A stretch of DNA of 64,000 nucleotides from a virus (taxonomy: Duplodnaviria > Caudoviricetes): the IMG/VR virus record IMGVR_UViG_3300027974_000031, positions 11,060 through 75,059 of that record. One strand, given 5' to 3'. Shown here piece by piece: positions 29,934 through 40,364 of the stretch. Both the position numbers and the translations under genes were made by a program. Position 1 is the first letter of the stretch, and the number at the start of each line of letters is the position of its first letter. Below the pieces are notes generated by a model. It was not told where the DNA came from, made no database searches, and saw only the letters and a list, made by a program, of their open reading frames with translations.

Positions 29934-30488
29934 TTAATCAATTTCAATGGTATCGCCGTTGATTCGCATAACTTGCATTGCGCCCTTGTCTAGTGCAAAC
30001 TCCCGAAATTTGCTAATTGGCAAGTCTTTTTTAATCTGATTTTTCAAGATTGTTATAGGCTTGCTTTTCACTTCTTTCTTGGGAGTTCCCTCTACAATGA
30101 TTTTTTTGCTTTGAACCAATCCAAAGATTTGAATTGAATCATCATGGTTAATGCTTACACCGTTGCCAAGAGGAGTCATGAGTCCCTTGCGGGTATAATC
30201 ATCGCTTTGAGTGCCGTTTTTATGAGCAAGGAGCGACTTTTGAAGACTGTTCATCACTTCATTAGCAGCAAGAAGCAATGACTCGTTAGAAAACTCTTTT
30301 AGATCCATTTTTGTTTGCAATTCCTGAATGGATTTTTCAAGAAGAGAAATGTATTTGAATCCAAGATTCAAGGTGTAACGAGCGATTGAATTGTCGCTTT
30401 TACTTTTGTATGTAAAAGAGGCAAACCCTGGACCTGCATTTAGCAGGTTTTTAAGAATTGCAACTGAATTGTTTGGTGTGGTTGTCAT
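29934..30488 (-). CDS. hypothetical early protein
   Basis: ORF with its own promoter and terminator. Confidence 0.7.
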   Translation of the reverse strand: MTTTPNNSVAILKNLLNAGPGFASFTYKSKSDNSIARYTLNLGFKYISLLEKSIQELQTKMDLKEFSNESLLLAANEVMNSLQKSLLAHKNGTQSDDYTRKGLMTPLGNGVSINHDDSIQIFGLVQSKKIIVEGTPKKEVKSKPITILKNQIKKDLPISKFREFALDKGAMQVMRINGDTIEID

Positions 30489-30556
30489 AGTGTATTGTGT
30501 GAGGTGAGATTCTACTTTAAAAGAGAAAAAGAGATGTGCAAGAGGTTTTTTATTTT

Positions 30557-31234
30557 TTACTTGTTGTTTGCAACCATTGTTGCTTTGTTTTTTCCGTTAC
30601 CATGGGCACGAAAGCCTACAATAACGCTTCTGTTTGACTTTTGGCAAAGCAAGCAATTGCTGCAATTGCTTTTTTCGTTTCTTTGAGCAGGACAAACAAC
30701 AACCTTGTTTCCGTTTGGTGTAAATACGGAGTCAGGTGAATCTTTAGGTAATACTACAACAACTGGAATTCCTTTTTGTTTGAATTTATCTGCCTCTTTA
30801 AGATTGTCTGCACTGGCATTAATTACAAAACCATCAGCGATTGCTTTTTTAATTCCATCTAGATTCTTTTTGTTTAATGGCTTATGAGTATAAGTCCATG
30901 CAATTAGTTTACGCTTTTTAACAACTTTTGAAAGCAAAGAAAGCTTTTCTAAATCAATCTTTTCGTTTATACCGGGTAAATCACCGGCTTGTGAATATCG
31001 AAACTTCCAGCCAACGGGTAAAGACTCGACATCTGAAATAAATCCATTCCAATCTTTTCCACGTTCACCATTGCTAACGGCGTTCCAGTGTATTGAAAGG
31101 GGGCCACCGTTAGCATAACAACCATTAGCCTTTAGTGGGCAGGAATCAGGACAAGTCTTTTTATCAGAGGTAGAAACTGCAACGCCAAAACCCATTTTAG
31201 AGTTAGATGACATAGGAGTGAGATGAAAGTTCAT
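30557..31234 (-). CDS. Cys-rich conserved phage protein (Gp88/DUF7227-like)
   Basis: SSNSKMG, TCP.SCPL..NGCYA, R...AGD, WTYTH, CPAQ..C..C.LC. Confidence 0.6.
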   Translation of the reverse strand: MNFHLTPMSSNSKMGFGVAVSTSDKKTCPDSCPLKANGCYANGGPLSIHWNAVSNGERGKDWNGFISDVESLPVGWKFRYSQAGDLPGINEKIDLEKLSLLSKVVKKRKLIAWTYTHKPLNKKNLDGIKKAIADGFVINASADNLKEADKFKQKGIPVVVVLPKDSPDSVFTPNGNKVVVCPAQRNEKSNCSNCLLCQKSNRSVIVGFRAHGNGKNKATMVANNK

Positions 31235-31380
31235 TTTTGAGCGGTTAGTTTGGTTGGTGAATAAATGACTTTAACCGAAAAGAGAAAAGGTGCAAGCGGT
31301 TTTTTATTTTCTTTCTTTGTATAAAGAAAGAAAGAAAGGGAAAGATTATTTATTTTCTTTCCCTTTCTTTTTGTTTTGTT

Positions 31381-31611
31381 TTATTCTCCCCAATGAACGC
31401 CCATGCTTTTCAAAGTGTCAAAAACTGCGCGGCTTGAGTGATGAGAAGGCAAACGAGTTCCAGTTTCTTCAAAAACCATTTCGTTTTCTTCTTCTTCTGC
31501 ATCATCGCCAATTAGTTTGGAAACAACTTTTTCAAAACCGAACTTGCGAGCAATAGTTACAAGTTCAGTGTTTTCGTTCAGGTCTGCGTCTAGTGTGGTG
31601 TCGGTTCTCAT
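31381..31611 (-). CDS. hypothetical protein
   Basis: ORF with TTGCAC promoter and terminator. Confidence 0.6.
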   Translation of the reverse strand: MRTDTTLDADLNENTELVTIARKFGFEKVVSKLIGDDAEEEENEMVFEETGTRLPSHHSSRAVFDTLKSMGVHWGE

Positions 31612-31716
31612 AGCGACGAAACAATAAAGAGAATTTATGTAAGTGCAAGCAGTTTATTAAATTAAAAAGGGGAAAGAAAACCTATTCAGATTTTCCTTCC
31701 CCCTTTTACCTTTACA

Positions 31717-32721
31717 CTAACCGTTTTCTTTTTCGTTTAGAATCCAGTGTGAAATGGCTGGTTGACCACGACCACTAGAAGCTTCACGAACTGCGGTTAA
31801 AACCCCTTCTTCTGTAAGATTTCTAAGCAAAGAGAGAATACCGCTTTTTGCCATGCCAGAAACTTCAAAAGTTGAATTTTCGACATCATCGCGATGAACA
31901 ATATTATTACAATCAATAATATTGTTCAAAAGACATTCACGTTGAAAAGCTTTACGCTCTGCAACCTTGCCGTCGTTTGCGTCTCCTGTCTCATTGCCAG
32001 TGCTTTTTGCAAGTTCAAAAGGACAATCTAAGTCCCATGAACCATTAAAAGGAAAGGCGCGAGAAACGGGTGAACCTTCGCGATTTTTATCACAATGAAA
32101 CTCAACAACTTTACAACCTTCGTAACCATCGCCATCAGGAACCATTCGCATTGTATAAGCAACATCTACAAGATGAAGAAGTTCATTGCGACCACCACGA
32201 TTACCTTTTTTATCAGTGTGATTTAAAAGAATAAAAGTAATGTTGTATTTTGCCGCAAAGTCTGCAATCTTGCCAACCTTTGCTTTTGTATCAAGTGCTT
32301 TTTTAGTTCCATTGTCAATTGGAAACGAAAGCATAGGAAAGGAATCAATTACAACCACATTAAGATTGTTTTCGATTATTTTTCGTTCAATAGCTGGCCA
32401 ATAATTTTCAGAATCAGCCAACATATTGTCAGAAAAATCAATTCCCATTGTTTTTCCCATTACAGCAAGCGCCATAACAGATTGTTCTCCTGTGAAATGT
32501 CCATAACGAACATCTGAATCAACTTTACTCATTGCTTTTCCAACAGTGAGACATAAACGAGTTTTGCCTGTGCCGCTTTGTGCGGAAAGCAAAATCAGTT
32601 TAGATGCTCTTGCCCCATAAACACCGCCGCAATTGCCAAGCAATTCATCGAATGCTTGATAACCCGTAGGTATAGCTGAATTCCAATTTGAAGGTAGAGT
32701 AACAGAGGATAGTGACTGCAT
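31717..32721 (-). CDS. RadA/Sms-like RecA-family ATPase
   Basis: PTGYQAFDELLG, Walker A SGTGKT, GEQS, Walker B VVIDS, LLHLVD, KNR. Confidence 0.8.
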   Translation of the reverse strand: MQSLSSVTLPSNWNSAIPTGYQAFDELLGNCGGVYGARASKLILLSAQSGTGKTRLCLTVGKAMSKVDSDVRYGHFTGEQSVMALAVMGKTMGIDFSDNMLADSENYWPAIERKIIENNLNVVVIDSFPMLSFPIDNGTKKALDTKAKVGKIADFAAKYNITFILLNHTDKKGNRGGRNELLHLVDVAYTMRMVPDGDGYEGCKVVEFHCDKNREGSPVSRAFPFNGSWDLDCPFELAKSTGNETGDANDGKVAERKAFQRECLLNNIIDCNNIVHRDDVENSTFEVSGMAKSGILSLLRNLTEEGVLTAVREASSGRGQPAISHWILNEKENG

Positions 32722-32815
32722 ATAGTTTGTTTTGGTTTTACTAACATCATTACTTTAAACGAAAAAAGAGAAAGCACAAGCACTTTCTCTTTTTTTTATT
32801 TTTTAATTCTTTCTT

Positions 32816-33391
32816 TTAATCTTTAATACGAATGTTTTTTACATCTAATCCAAGTTTATCTGCAATCTGTTCTAAAGTTAATTCAATAACCTTTGGTCGG
32901 TTATCAATGATAGTTCCTTTTGAATTTTCGGAATAGATTTTATCTCCATTCAAGTTATACTCCCGCTTAATCCAATATCCATCTGTGTTTTCATAATAGA
33001 TTTCTTTTCCATTCAAGTTATACTCCCGCTTATTCCAAAATCCATCTGAGTTTTCATAATAGATTTCATTACCATTCAAGTCATATCCATGCTTATTCCA
33101 AAATCCATCTGAGTTTTCATAATAAATTTGTTTACCATTCAAGTTATACTCACACTTATTCCAATATCTATTTGAGTTTTCAGAATAGATTTGATTACCA
33201 TTCTGGTCATACTCACGCTTAATCCAATATCCATCTGAATATTCACAATAGATTTCTTTTCCATTCTGATCATACTCACGCTTAATCCAATATCCATCTG
33301 AGTTTTCAGAATAGATTAATTTATTATTCTTATCTTTGATAAAGAATGGGAAATCTTTTACCTTTAAAAATTGTGCTATTGTTTCTTTCAT
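32816..33391 (-). CDS. 21-aa-repeat protein paralogue A5 (191 aa)
   Basis: MKETIAQ head, EIYxExSDGxWxKxEYDxNG repeats, ELTLEQIADKLG tail. Confidence 0.9.
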   Translation of the reverse strand: MKETIAQFLKVKDFPFFIKDKNNKLIYSENSDGYWIKREYDQNGKEIYCEYSDGYWIKREYDQNGNQIYSENSNRYWNKCEYNLNGKQIYYENSDGFWNKHGYDLNGNEIYYENSDGFWNKREYNLNGKEIYYENTDGYWIKREYNLNGDKIYSENSKGTIIDNRPKVIELTLEQIADKLGLDVKNIRIKD

Positions 33392-33403
33392 AATTTTATT
33401 TTT

Positions 33404-33853
33404 TTAATCTTTAATACGAAAGTTTTTTACATTCAATCCTAGTTTATCTGCGACTTCCTGTAATGTCAATTCGATAATTTTTGGTCGGTTATCAATGATA
33501 GTTCCTTTTGAATTTTCAAAATAGATTTCATTACCATTCAAGTCATACTCATGCTTAATCCAATATCCATCTGAATATTCACAATAAATTTGTTTACCAT
33601 TCAAGTTATACTCACGCTTATTACAAAGTCCATCTGAGTTTTCATAATAGATTTCTTTTCCATTCAAATTATACTCACACTTATTCCAAAATCCATTTGA
33701 GTTTTCAGAATAGATTTGATTACCATTCTGATCATACTCACGCTTAATCCAATATCCATCTGAGGTTTCAGAATAGATTTCTTTATTATCTTTATTTTTA
33801 ATAAAGAATGGAAAATCTTTTACTTTTAATAGTTGTGCAATTGTTTCTTTCAT
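33404..33853 (-). CDS. 21-aa-repeat protein paralogue A4 (149 aa)
   Basis: same architecture as A5. Confidence 0.9.
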   Translation of the reverse strand: MKETIAQLLKVKDFPFFIKNKDNKEIYSETSDGYWIKREYDQNGNQIYSENSNGFWNKCEYNLNGKEIYYENSDGLCNKREYNLNGKQIYCEYSDGYWIKHEYDLNGNEIYFENSKGTIIDNRPKIIELTLQEVADKLGLNVKNFRIKD

Positions 33854-33865
33854 AATTTTATTTTT

Positions 33866-34378
33866 TTAATCTTTAATACGAATGTTTTCTACATTCAATC
33901 CTAATTTATCTGCGACTTCCTGTAATGTCAATTCAATAATTTTTGGTCGGTTATCCATGATAGTTCCATCTGAGTTTTCATAATAGATTTGATTACCATT
34001 CTGGTCATACTCACACTTATTCCAATATCCATTTGAATCTTCAAAATAGATTTCATTACCATTCAAGTTATACTCACACTTATTCCAATATCCATTTGAA
34101 TCTTCAAAATAGATTTGATTACCATTCTGGTCATACTCACGCTTATTCCAAAATCCATTTGAGGTTTCAGAATAGATTAAATTACTATTCTGGTCATATT
34201 CATGCTTGAACCAAAGTCCATCTGAATCTTCATAATAGATTTGATTACCATTCTGATCATACTCACACTTATACCAAAATCCATCTGAATATTCACAATA
34301 GATTTCATCTTCATCTTTATTTTTAATAAAGAATGGAAAATCTGTTATCTTTAAAAATTGTGCTATTGTTTCTTTCAT
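33866..34378 (-). CDS. 21-aa-repeat protein paralogue A3 (170 aa)
   Basis: same architecture as A5. Confidence 0.9.
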   Translation of the reverse strand: MKETIAQFLKITDFPFFIKNKDEDEIYCEYSDGFWYKCEYDQNGNQIYYEDSDGLWFKHEYDQNSNLIYSETSNGFWNKREYDQNGNQIYFEDSNGYWNKCEYNLNGNEIYFEDSNGYWNKCEYDQNGNQIYYENSDGTIMDNRPKIIELTLQEVADKLGLNVENIRIKD

Positions 34379-34391
34379 AATTTTATTTTTT

Positions 34392-34904
34392 TTAATCTTT
34401 AATACGAATATTTTCTACATTCAATCCTAGTTTAGCTGCAATCTGTTCTAAAGTTAATTCAATTACCTTTGGTCGGTTATCAATGATAATTCCATCTGAG
34501 TTTTCAGAATAGATTTCATTACCATTCTGATCATACTCACGCTTAGACCAACGTCCATCTGAATTTTCAAAATAGATTATGTTACCATTCTGGTCATACT
34601 CCCACTTAATCCAATATCCATCTGAATCTTCAGAATAGATTTCATTACCATTCTGGTCATACTCAGTCTTAAACCAATATCCATCTGAATCTTCACGATA
34701 GATTTGTTTACCATTCAAGTTATACTCACACTTATACCAAAATCCATCTGAATCTTCACAATAGATTTCTTCTCCATTCAAGTTATACTCACACTTATAC
34801 CAAAATCCATCTGAGTTCTCATAATAGATTTCATCTTCATCTTTACTTTTAATACAGAATGGAAAATCTGTTACCTTTAAAAATTGTGCTATTGTTTCTT
34901 TCAT
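34392..34904 (-). CDS. 21-aa-repeat protein paralogue A2 (170 aa)
   Basis: same architecture as A5. Confidence 0.9.
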   Translation of the reverse strand: MKETIAQFLKVTDFPFCIKSKDEDEIYYENSDGFWYKCEYNLNGEEIYCEDSDGFWYKCEYNLNGKQIYREDSDGYWFKTEYDQNGNEIYSEDSDGYWIKWEYDQNGNIIYFENSDGRWSKREYDQNGNEIYSENSDGIIIDNRPKVIELTLEQIAAKLGLNVENIRIKD

Positions 34905-34917
34905 AAAAAGATTTCTT

Positions 34918-35304
34918 TTAATCTTTGATACGAATGTTCTTTACATTCAGTCCTAATTTATCTGCAATCTGTTCTAAAGTTAATTCAATTACCTTTGGTC
35001 GGTTATCAATGATAGTTCCTTCTGAGTTTTCAGAATAGATTTCATTACCATTCTGGTCATATTCATGCTTATACCAAAATCCATCTGAATATTCACAATA
35101 GATTTCTTTACCATTCTGGTCATATTCACGCTTAATCCAATATCTATCTGAATCTTCACAATAAATTTGTTTACCATTCAAGTTATACTCACGCTTAATC
35201 CAGTATCCATTTGAATCTTCATGATAGATTTCTTTATTATTCTTATTTTTAATAAGGAATGGAAAATCTTTTACTTTTAATAGTTGTGCAATTGTTTCTT
35301 TCAT
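34918..35304 (-). CDS. 21-aa-repeat protein paralogue A1 (128 aa)
   Basis: same architecture as A5. Confidence 0.9.
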   Translation of the reverse strand: MKETIAQLLKVKDFPFLIKNKNNKEIYHEDSNGYWIKREYNLNGKQIYCEDSDRYWIKREYDQNGKEIYCEYSDGFWYKHEYDQNGNEIYSENSEGTIIDNRPKVIELTLEQIADKLGLNVKNIRIKD

Positions 35305-35333
35305 AATTTTATTTTTTTAATCTTTGATCGTCT

Positions 35334-35528
35334 TTATATTAACTCAATCTTGGTTTCTGTCAAGTCTTTTCTATCTTGATTCTTCAATCGGGATTTAGCG
35401 AGCTTTCTAGCCCACTTTCTAAATTCCTGGATATTCTTAATTTTTCGGCAGCAAGAACAGCCATATTTCAGTTCTTTCGTGCCCCCGTTCAGACATTCCT
35501 GCTTTTGAAGTTTTCTAAATTCGTCCAT
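35334..35528 (-). CDS. small basic hypothetical protein
   Basis: ORF with a CSCC motif. Confidence 0.55.
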   Translation of the reverse strand: MDEFRKLQKQECLNGGTKELKYGCSCCRKIKNIQEFRKWARKLAKSRLKNQDRKDLTETKIELI

Positions 35529-35558
35529 GGCTAATTGTAGCTCTGATTAGTCTATTAG

Positions 35559-36284
35559 TCAAGCAGACAAATAATTTTTATTTGAATCAGTCAAACCTGA
35601 ATGAATATTAATTTGCTGTCCATCACTATAACCTTTGTCTGCAACCAATGCATTATAATTATTAACTGATTTTCCGGTTTTATAAACAACATCTGGAAAA
35701 AACTTGTTAATAGCTTGTTTAAGCATTTCAGACGAATTCACCAGCATTAGGCTATAATTAGCCTGCAAGTCGCTTGCTATAGTGCTTTCCGTTGCTTCCT
35801 GCATATCCTTTAGCTTCTTAGATAGACCTTGCCACAGTCCACAAAAATAGCTTTCCCTAGCAGTTTTAACCGTAACTTGTGGATTGTTTTCATAAAATTT
35901 ATACCAAAGATTGAAAAAAGTATTTGTAAGATATTCATTCAAAAACTTGGCAAATTCGATTTTGTCTTTTTTTCCAACAAAATAAATTTTGCGTCCAATC
36001 GAACGATTACCGCCAGTAATAATTTCAACTTCAAAATATTTCTTAATAATATTAGAAACAAATCGTTGAGTAATTGGCAACCTTGCTTTGTTCGTTTCCA
36101 TTTCTTCCTTTTCAATTTGATCAGAAGAATAATTGGAAGAAACCCTAGACAATTCGATATTGTGTAGAGTAGCCAGTTCAATAGCCTTTTCCATGGCAGC
36201 ACTAGCTTCATGTTCGTTCGATGAACCGCTAAGGGCAATCAATTTTTCCAACTTAACAAGGATTTTTTCGTTCGGATTGTTCAT
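35559..36284 (-). CDS. DUF2786-domain protein
   Basis: KLEKLIALSGSSNEHEASAAMEKA; TTGACA promoter, leaderless ATG. Confidence 0.75.
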   Translation of the reverse strand: MNNPNEKILVKLEKLIALSGSSNEHEASAAMEKAIELATLHNIELSRVSSNYSSDQIEKEEMETNKARLPITQRFVSNIIKKYFEVEIITGGNRSIGRKIYFVGKKDKIEFAKFLNEYLTNTFFNLWYKFYENNPQVTVKTARESYFCGLWQGLSKKLKDMQEATESTIASDLQANYSLMLVNSSEMLKQAINKFFPDVVYKTGKSVNNYNALVADKGYSDGQQINIHSGLTDSNKNYLSA

Positions 36285-36521
36285 GACTTATATTACTAGA
36301 ATTCAGCTATTTGTCAATCAATTACTTCATTACGCTCCAATATCTAAAATTTCTTCGCCTTCACGTTGTCCGATAGAATAATTAACGGGCCGAATTGCAA
36401 TATATCGCATAGAAGAATCATCAGGAATTTCAATCATGATAGTATCCAGAAGTTCTCCATCTTCGCTAGTCACAGAGATTCGTATTGCACGTAGTTCTTT
36501 CATAATACACCTTACTCCGTT

Positions 36522-36791
36522 TTATTCTTCTGTCAACATTTTATCTTGCCTTTTAATCGTGTCCCAAGGATTTGCAAAAGAATCAAAATATCCCTGTTCG
36601 CGCAATTCATCTAGTTCTTCGTCCCTCCAAACAATTTTTAGTGGTGGGCAACCATAATGACTAAGCATAAAGGAAAAAATACTTTGATTTTCTTCATCCG
36701 TAACATATGCTGCCGTAGTCTTAGGATCATTCACTAACACAACCTTGCACTCTCCACATTTTTCACAAACTGCATGATACCATGTTTTCAT
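36522..36791 (-). CDS. hypothetical protein with CxxC motif
   Basis: ORF. Confidence 0.6.
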   Translation of the reverse strand: MKTWYHAVCEKCGECKVVLVNDPKTTAAYVTDEENQSIFSFMLSHYGCPPLKIVWRDEELDELREQGYFDSFANPWDTIKRQDKMLTEE

Positions 36792-37201
36792 ATTATTTTA
36801 TTGTTTTATTGTTTTAAACGCTTCTTCTTCCGTATAACCGAATCCATTATTTGTATCATTAATCAATATTCCGGTTTCTCCATATTGATATGATACCATA
36901 TAAAAATCAGAGTTGGGCATACGCAACACCTACTTATAAATCTTTTGTTTCTTTTCCATGTTCTAATTTACATCAATAACAGTTATTCGTCAAACACTTA
37001 TTTTATTTTTTTATCCGTCTCTCTGCCCCTGTATTCACCAGTTTTGAAATTATATATTTTGTTACATTAACAATATATCAAATTTGAGAAAATATGAGGC
37101 TTCTTTCATATCATGTTAATAACCGTTCTTTTACTCATATTTGAGTTATTTCGCACGCCCGACAAAAATTTAATACAAATTGTTCTTTATTCATATAAAG
37201 A

Positions 37202-37387
37202 TTACGTAATACTTGCTTTATTCTGTCTGTGCCATTCTTGAACCTCTTCTAAATTTACGGGCATATACGGACAATAAATCACTGATTTCGGACTTCCATC
37301 ATCATATCTTTCTATAATTGGTTCATAACCTTCTTCGGTAGTTCGGAGGTCTATGAATCTTAATTTTGGAGGTTCTTCTTTATTCAT
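37202..37387 (-). CDS. hypothetical protein
   Basis: ORF with YCPYMP motif. Confidence 0.55.
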   Translation of the reverse strand: MNKEEPPKLRFIDLRTTEEGYEPIIERYDDGSPKSVIYCPYMPVNLEEVQEWHRQNKASIT

Positions 37388-37414
37388 CTTATTGTATCAT
37401 GAATTAGACTCTAA

Positions 37415-37828
37415 TCAAGCGAAACTTACGACTCCGACTAAACAATCAGGTTTTTCACACGGTTCATAACGTGTAAAATCGTCTGACAATTTAAACCATG
37501 TTTCCCCATCTGATTCATGCCAATAATGCCCTTCAATAATATTTGCCCCATGTTTTTCAATCAAAAGATAGGTATAATATCCAAGTTCTTGAATATATTC
37601 ACAATTATTTTCGATTGTTTCAACCGCCAGTTCTTTAGACAAAAAATAACCCCGATTGGACGGCTTGTTAAGCATGTTTCGCAATCGTTTTTCCTGCACT
37701 TCGGGAGGCAAGACAAACCTAGATTTATCTACCATATGTCGATACTGCTCTTCTAGTTCAAGGTTTTCAATCTGTCCCCGAATATAATTAGAGCTAAATC
37801 CAACGATTACCCAAATAAAATCATTCAT
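37415..37828 (-). CDS. hypothetical protein
   Basis: ORF. Confidence 0.65.
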   Translation of the reverse strand: MNDFIWVIVGFSSNYIRGQIENLELEEQYRHMVDKSRFVLPPEVQEKRLRNMLNKPSNRGYFLSKELAVETIENNCEYIQELGYYTYLLIEKHGANIIEGHYWHESDGETWFKLSDDFTRYEPCEKPDCLVGVVSFA

Positions 37829-37834
37829 AAAATA

Positions 37835-38086
37835 TTAATTATTTTTAACCAAACTAACACCTTTTTCAGGTAGGTCAATTGTTACTTTATTATTTTCTGC
37901 CCATTCTTTAAAATCTTCTGCCATGTATTGAAGTAGCTTTTCAAATTCGACAGGTTCTTCCAAAGATTCATTAACACGAAAAAGTATAAAAACGCGCTTC
38001 ATTACGTTTACCGCAGAAATCGCTACATCTTTCTTGATTTCTTTTTCAAAATCATCAATCGCGGTTCCGATAACATGTTTATTCAT
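37835..38086 (-). CDS. hypothetical protein
   Basis: ORF. Confidence 0.6.
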   Translation of the reverse strand: MNKHVIGTAIDDFEKEIKKDVAISAVNVMKRVFILFRVNESLEEPVEFEKLLQYMAEDFKEWAENNKVTIDLPEKGVSLVKNN

Positions 38087-38151
38087 AAGTTATTCTAAAA
38101 ATGTGATTAGTTTGATAATTTTATTATTTTTATTTAAATATTTTCTGTCAA

Positions 38152-38364
38152 CTACCTTTTCATTTTATTCCAGTCTCCAGCACAAATAGAATGTAAGAAG
38201 CACCAAAAATATGGTTTAAGATACCATTTAGAATACATATGGTTCTTCCATTCTTCCCGTGTTCGGCCATCGTTAGGATCATTCACCAATAGAAACGGAA
38301 TTCCGCACAAAAGAAGGGAAGGAATAAACAAACAAAAAGCCAGAATACGAATTAAGATTTTCAT
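38152..38364 (-). CDS. small membrane protein
   Basis: N-terminal hydrophobic helix; TTGACA..TATAAT promoter. Confidence 0.6.
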   Translation of the reverse strand: MKILIRILAFCLFIPSLLLCGIPFLLVNDPNDGRTREEWKNHMYSKWYLKPYFWCFLHSICAGDWNKMKR

Positions 38365-38518
38365 GCTTTATTATACATCAAGGTTAATCGTTGTCAATGA
38401 CTTTATGTTTATCCACCAGTTTAAATTTCTTTTGACTCATAATTTCCCTAACTTGTTCCAAAGAAATAGGAGTGTAATTGTGGCAGTATCCAGTGCTTTA
38501 GTCAATTCGATTTTTAAC

Positions 38519-39307
38519 CTAATTTGTAAATTCAAGTTTTTTGTTGATAAGTTTTGGAAAACAGAAGTTCCAGACTGGAGCCGCTTGTTTCAAATATTTT
38601 ACAAAATCGGCAAGTTCTTCTGGCTTGGAAGAATTAAAAGACCAACTCATATCATCACACCCAAAAATATATACATGGTCATCATATACCCAAACACGCA
38701 TATATGCTTCGTCACCAACAATTACTGGTTGTCCTGCATAACGATCCGATTTAATCCAAAACTGTTCAACCACCCTTTCAGAATTTCTATTATAATATTC
38801 AGGATCATCTGTCAGGATTTCAGCATAGCAATTAATATCGACTAAAACGGATTTGCGGGCCTTCTTACTCAATTTTCCATCATAGTTTTTGAAAAATTCA
38901 TCTTGTCGTTTCATCATATCAAATGAACGTCCAGCACTTTCAAAAGAATCCTTTTTAGTCTGATTGAAACCAGTTTTCAACAAACTATCAGAAATATATT
39001 CTAGCCAACTAATCATTTGTTCGGTTGTTTCGGGAACAGGAATTCTAAAAACATCATAAACATAGCTGAATAAATTATCAAAATAGAATTTGTCTTCTGC
39101 TGGTGTAATATCGAGTTTATTATTCTTACGACGATTTAGAAGTTCCATAATGATAGGAAAATCACAGTTATTATCCTGAATAAACTTCGCAATATCTTCG
39201 GGTGTCTGATATAGCGGAGGAAAATGGATAAAGTCGTTCGATATATCGACTTTAGATAAGTCAATTTCACCGTCAGGAAGTTTTGGAAGATCGTTTTTCA
39301 GTTTCAT
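38519..39307 (-). CDS. hypothetical protein
   Basis: likely start MKLKNDLP just after the upstream gene. Confidence 0.65.
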   Translation of the reverse strand: MKLKNDLPKLPDGEIDLSKVDISNDFIHFPPLYQTPEDIAKFIQDNNCDFPIIMELLNRRKNNKLDITPAEDKFYFDNLFSYVYDVFRIPVPETTEQMISWLEYISDSLLKTGFNQTKKDSFESAGRSFDMMKRQDEFFKNYDGKLSKKARKSVLVDINCYAEILTDDPEYYNRNSERVVEQFWIKSDRYAGQPVIVGDEAYMRVWVYDDHVYIFGCDDMSWSFNSSKPEELADFVKYLKQAAPVWNFCFPKLINKKLEFTN

Positions 39308-39317
39308 ATTACATTTT

Positions 39318-39521
39318 TTATTTTCTGTCACCAACAATTCCAATCCGTTTGCACCTATGTTTATTTGCCTTGGCAACCAATTCTTCTTCCTCGTTAAGGT
39401 CTGCCAAGGCTTTCCAATAAGCAGGATTCTTTTCTACTTCTTTAAAATATTTGGCAAATGGGTCATCTTCGGTAGAAAAATTAGTCTTAGCTAATTGCTG
39501 TATTGCGTCATTCCAATTCAT
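39318..39521 (-). CDS. hypothetical protein
   Basis: ORF in operon. Confidence 0.5.
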   Translation of the reverse strand: MNWNDAIQQLAKTNFSTEDDPFAKYFKEVEKNPAYWKALADLNEEEELVAKANKHRCKRIGIVGDRK

Positions 39522-39525
39522 ATAA

Positions 39526-39765
39526 TTATTTCTTCGTTGGTGTTAAAAAGCATTCGTCCATTGCACATATATTAATGGTCTTCCCGTCAAGATTTAATAC
39601 ACCTCTATAATATGTCCTATTTCTACCTAAATCTTCTGTCATACTTTCATCAACCACAAATTTGCAGCCATTCTGGTGTGTTTTATAATTTTCATCGTAA
39701 TAATAAACAATTTCTCCATGTTTATATTTTGCGCGGGGATTATCTTTTTGATATTTCATATTCAT
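39526..39765 (-). CDS. hypothetical protein
   Basis: ORF with TTGACT promoter. Confidence 0.6.
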   Translation of the reverse strand: MNMKYQKDNPRAKYKHGEIVYYYDENYKTHQNGCKFVVDESMTEDLGRNRTYYRGVLNLDGKTINICAMDECFLTPTKK

Positions 39766-39826
39766 ATAATACCATTTTAGATCACAAAGTCAACATTTGA
39801 TGTTGGGTTAGTATAAAAAAATAATT

Positions 39827-40210
39827 TTATTTTGTTTTTAGATCTTCTAGTTCTTTTTGGTTAATGGTATAGGCTTTGATGGTTTCGTGGTTTAGTGAGT
39901 GAGCTTTTGCTAGTCTATGTACACCGTCAGCTATAAAGAGGCCGTCTGGGTATTTGACGATGATGATTGGGTATTTGAGGTCAGTTTGGTTGGCTCTTTC
40001 GATAAATTCTGGATGACCGGGTAGTTCTGATCCTTCTTCGTGTGGAGATGGTTCTAGGTTATGAAGAAGTTTAGAGATTGGTATTTCTTTTATTTTCTTA
40101 TTTTTTTCTGCGTAGTTGACTATTCGTGGTACGGAGTAGGTGCCGTTGTTATCGGAGAAGGTTTGGTCTTCCATTCTGTAGGATTCAAAGAATTGTTTGA
40201 AGGTGATCAT
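39827..40210 (-). CDS. ParB/Srx N-terminal-like protein, CTS-tagged
   Basis: YPIIIV...IADGVHRLAKA; MITFKQFFES; TAAATA upstream. Confidence 0.7.
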   Translation of the reverse strand: MITFKQFFESYRMEDQTFSDNNGTYSVPRIVNYAEKNKKIKEIPISKLLHNLEPSPHEEGSELPGHPEFIERANQTDLKYPIIIVKYPDGLFIADGVHRLAKAHSLNHETIKAYTINQKELEDLKTK

Positions 40211-40364
40211 GATTTATTTAGTGGTTTTTTTATTTTTTAAGGTCTTGTTACAGGTCGAATATTTTTTGATAGTCATTTGGTTCCACTAGGTTTGATTCTA
40301 GTTCGTTTTGCATACAACACCATAATACAGGCTTTTTAAATAAGTGCAACTTTATTATTTTTAT

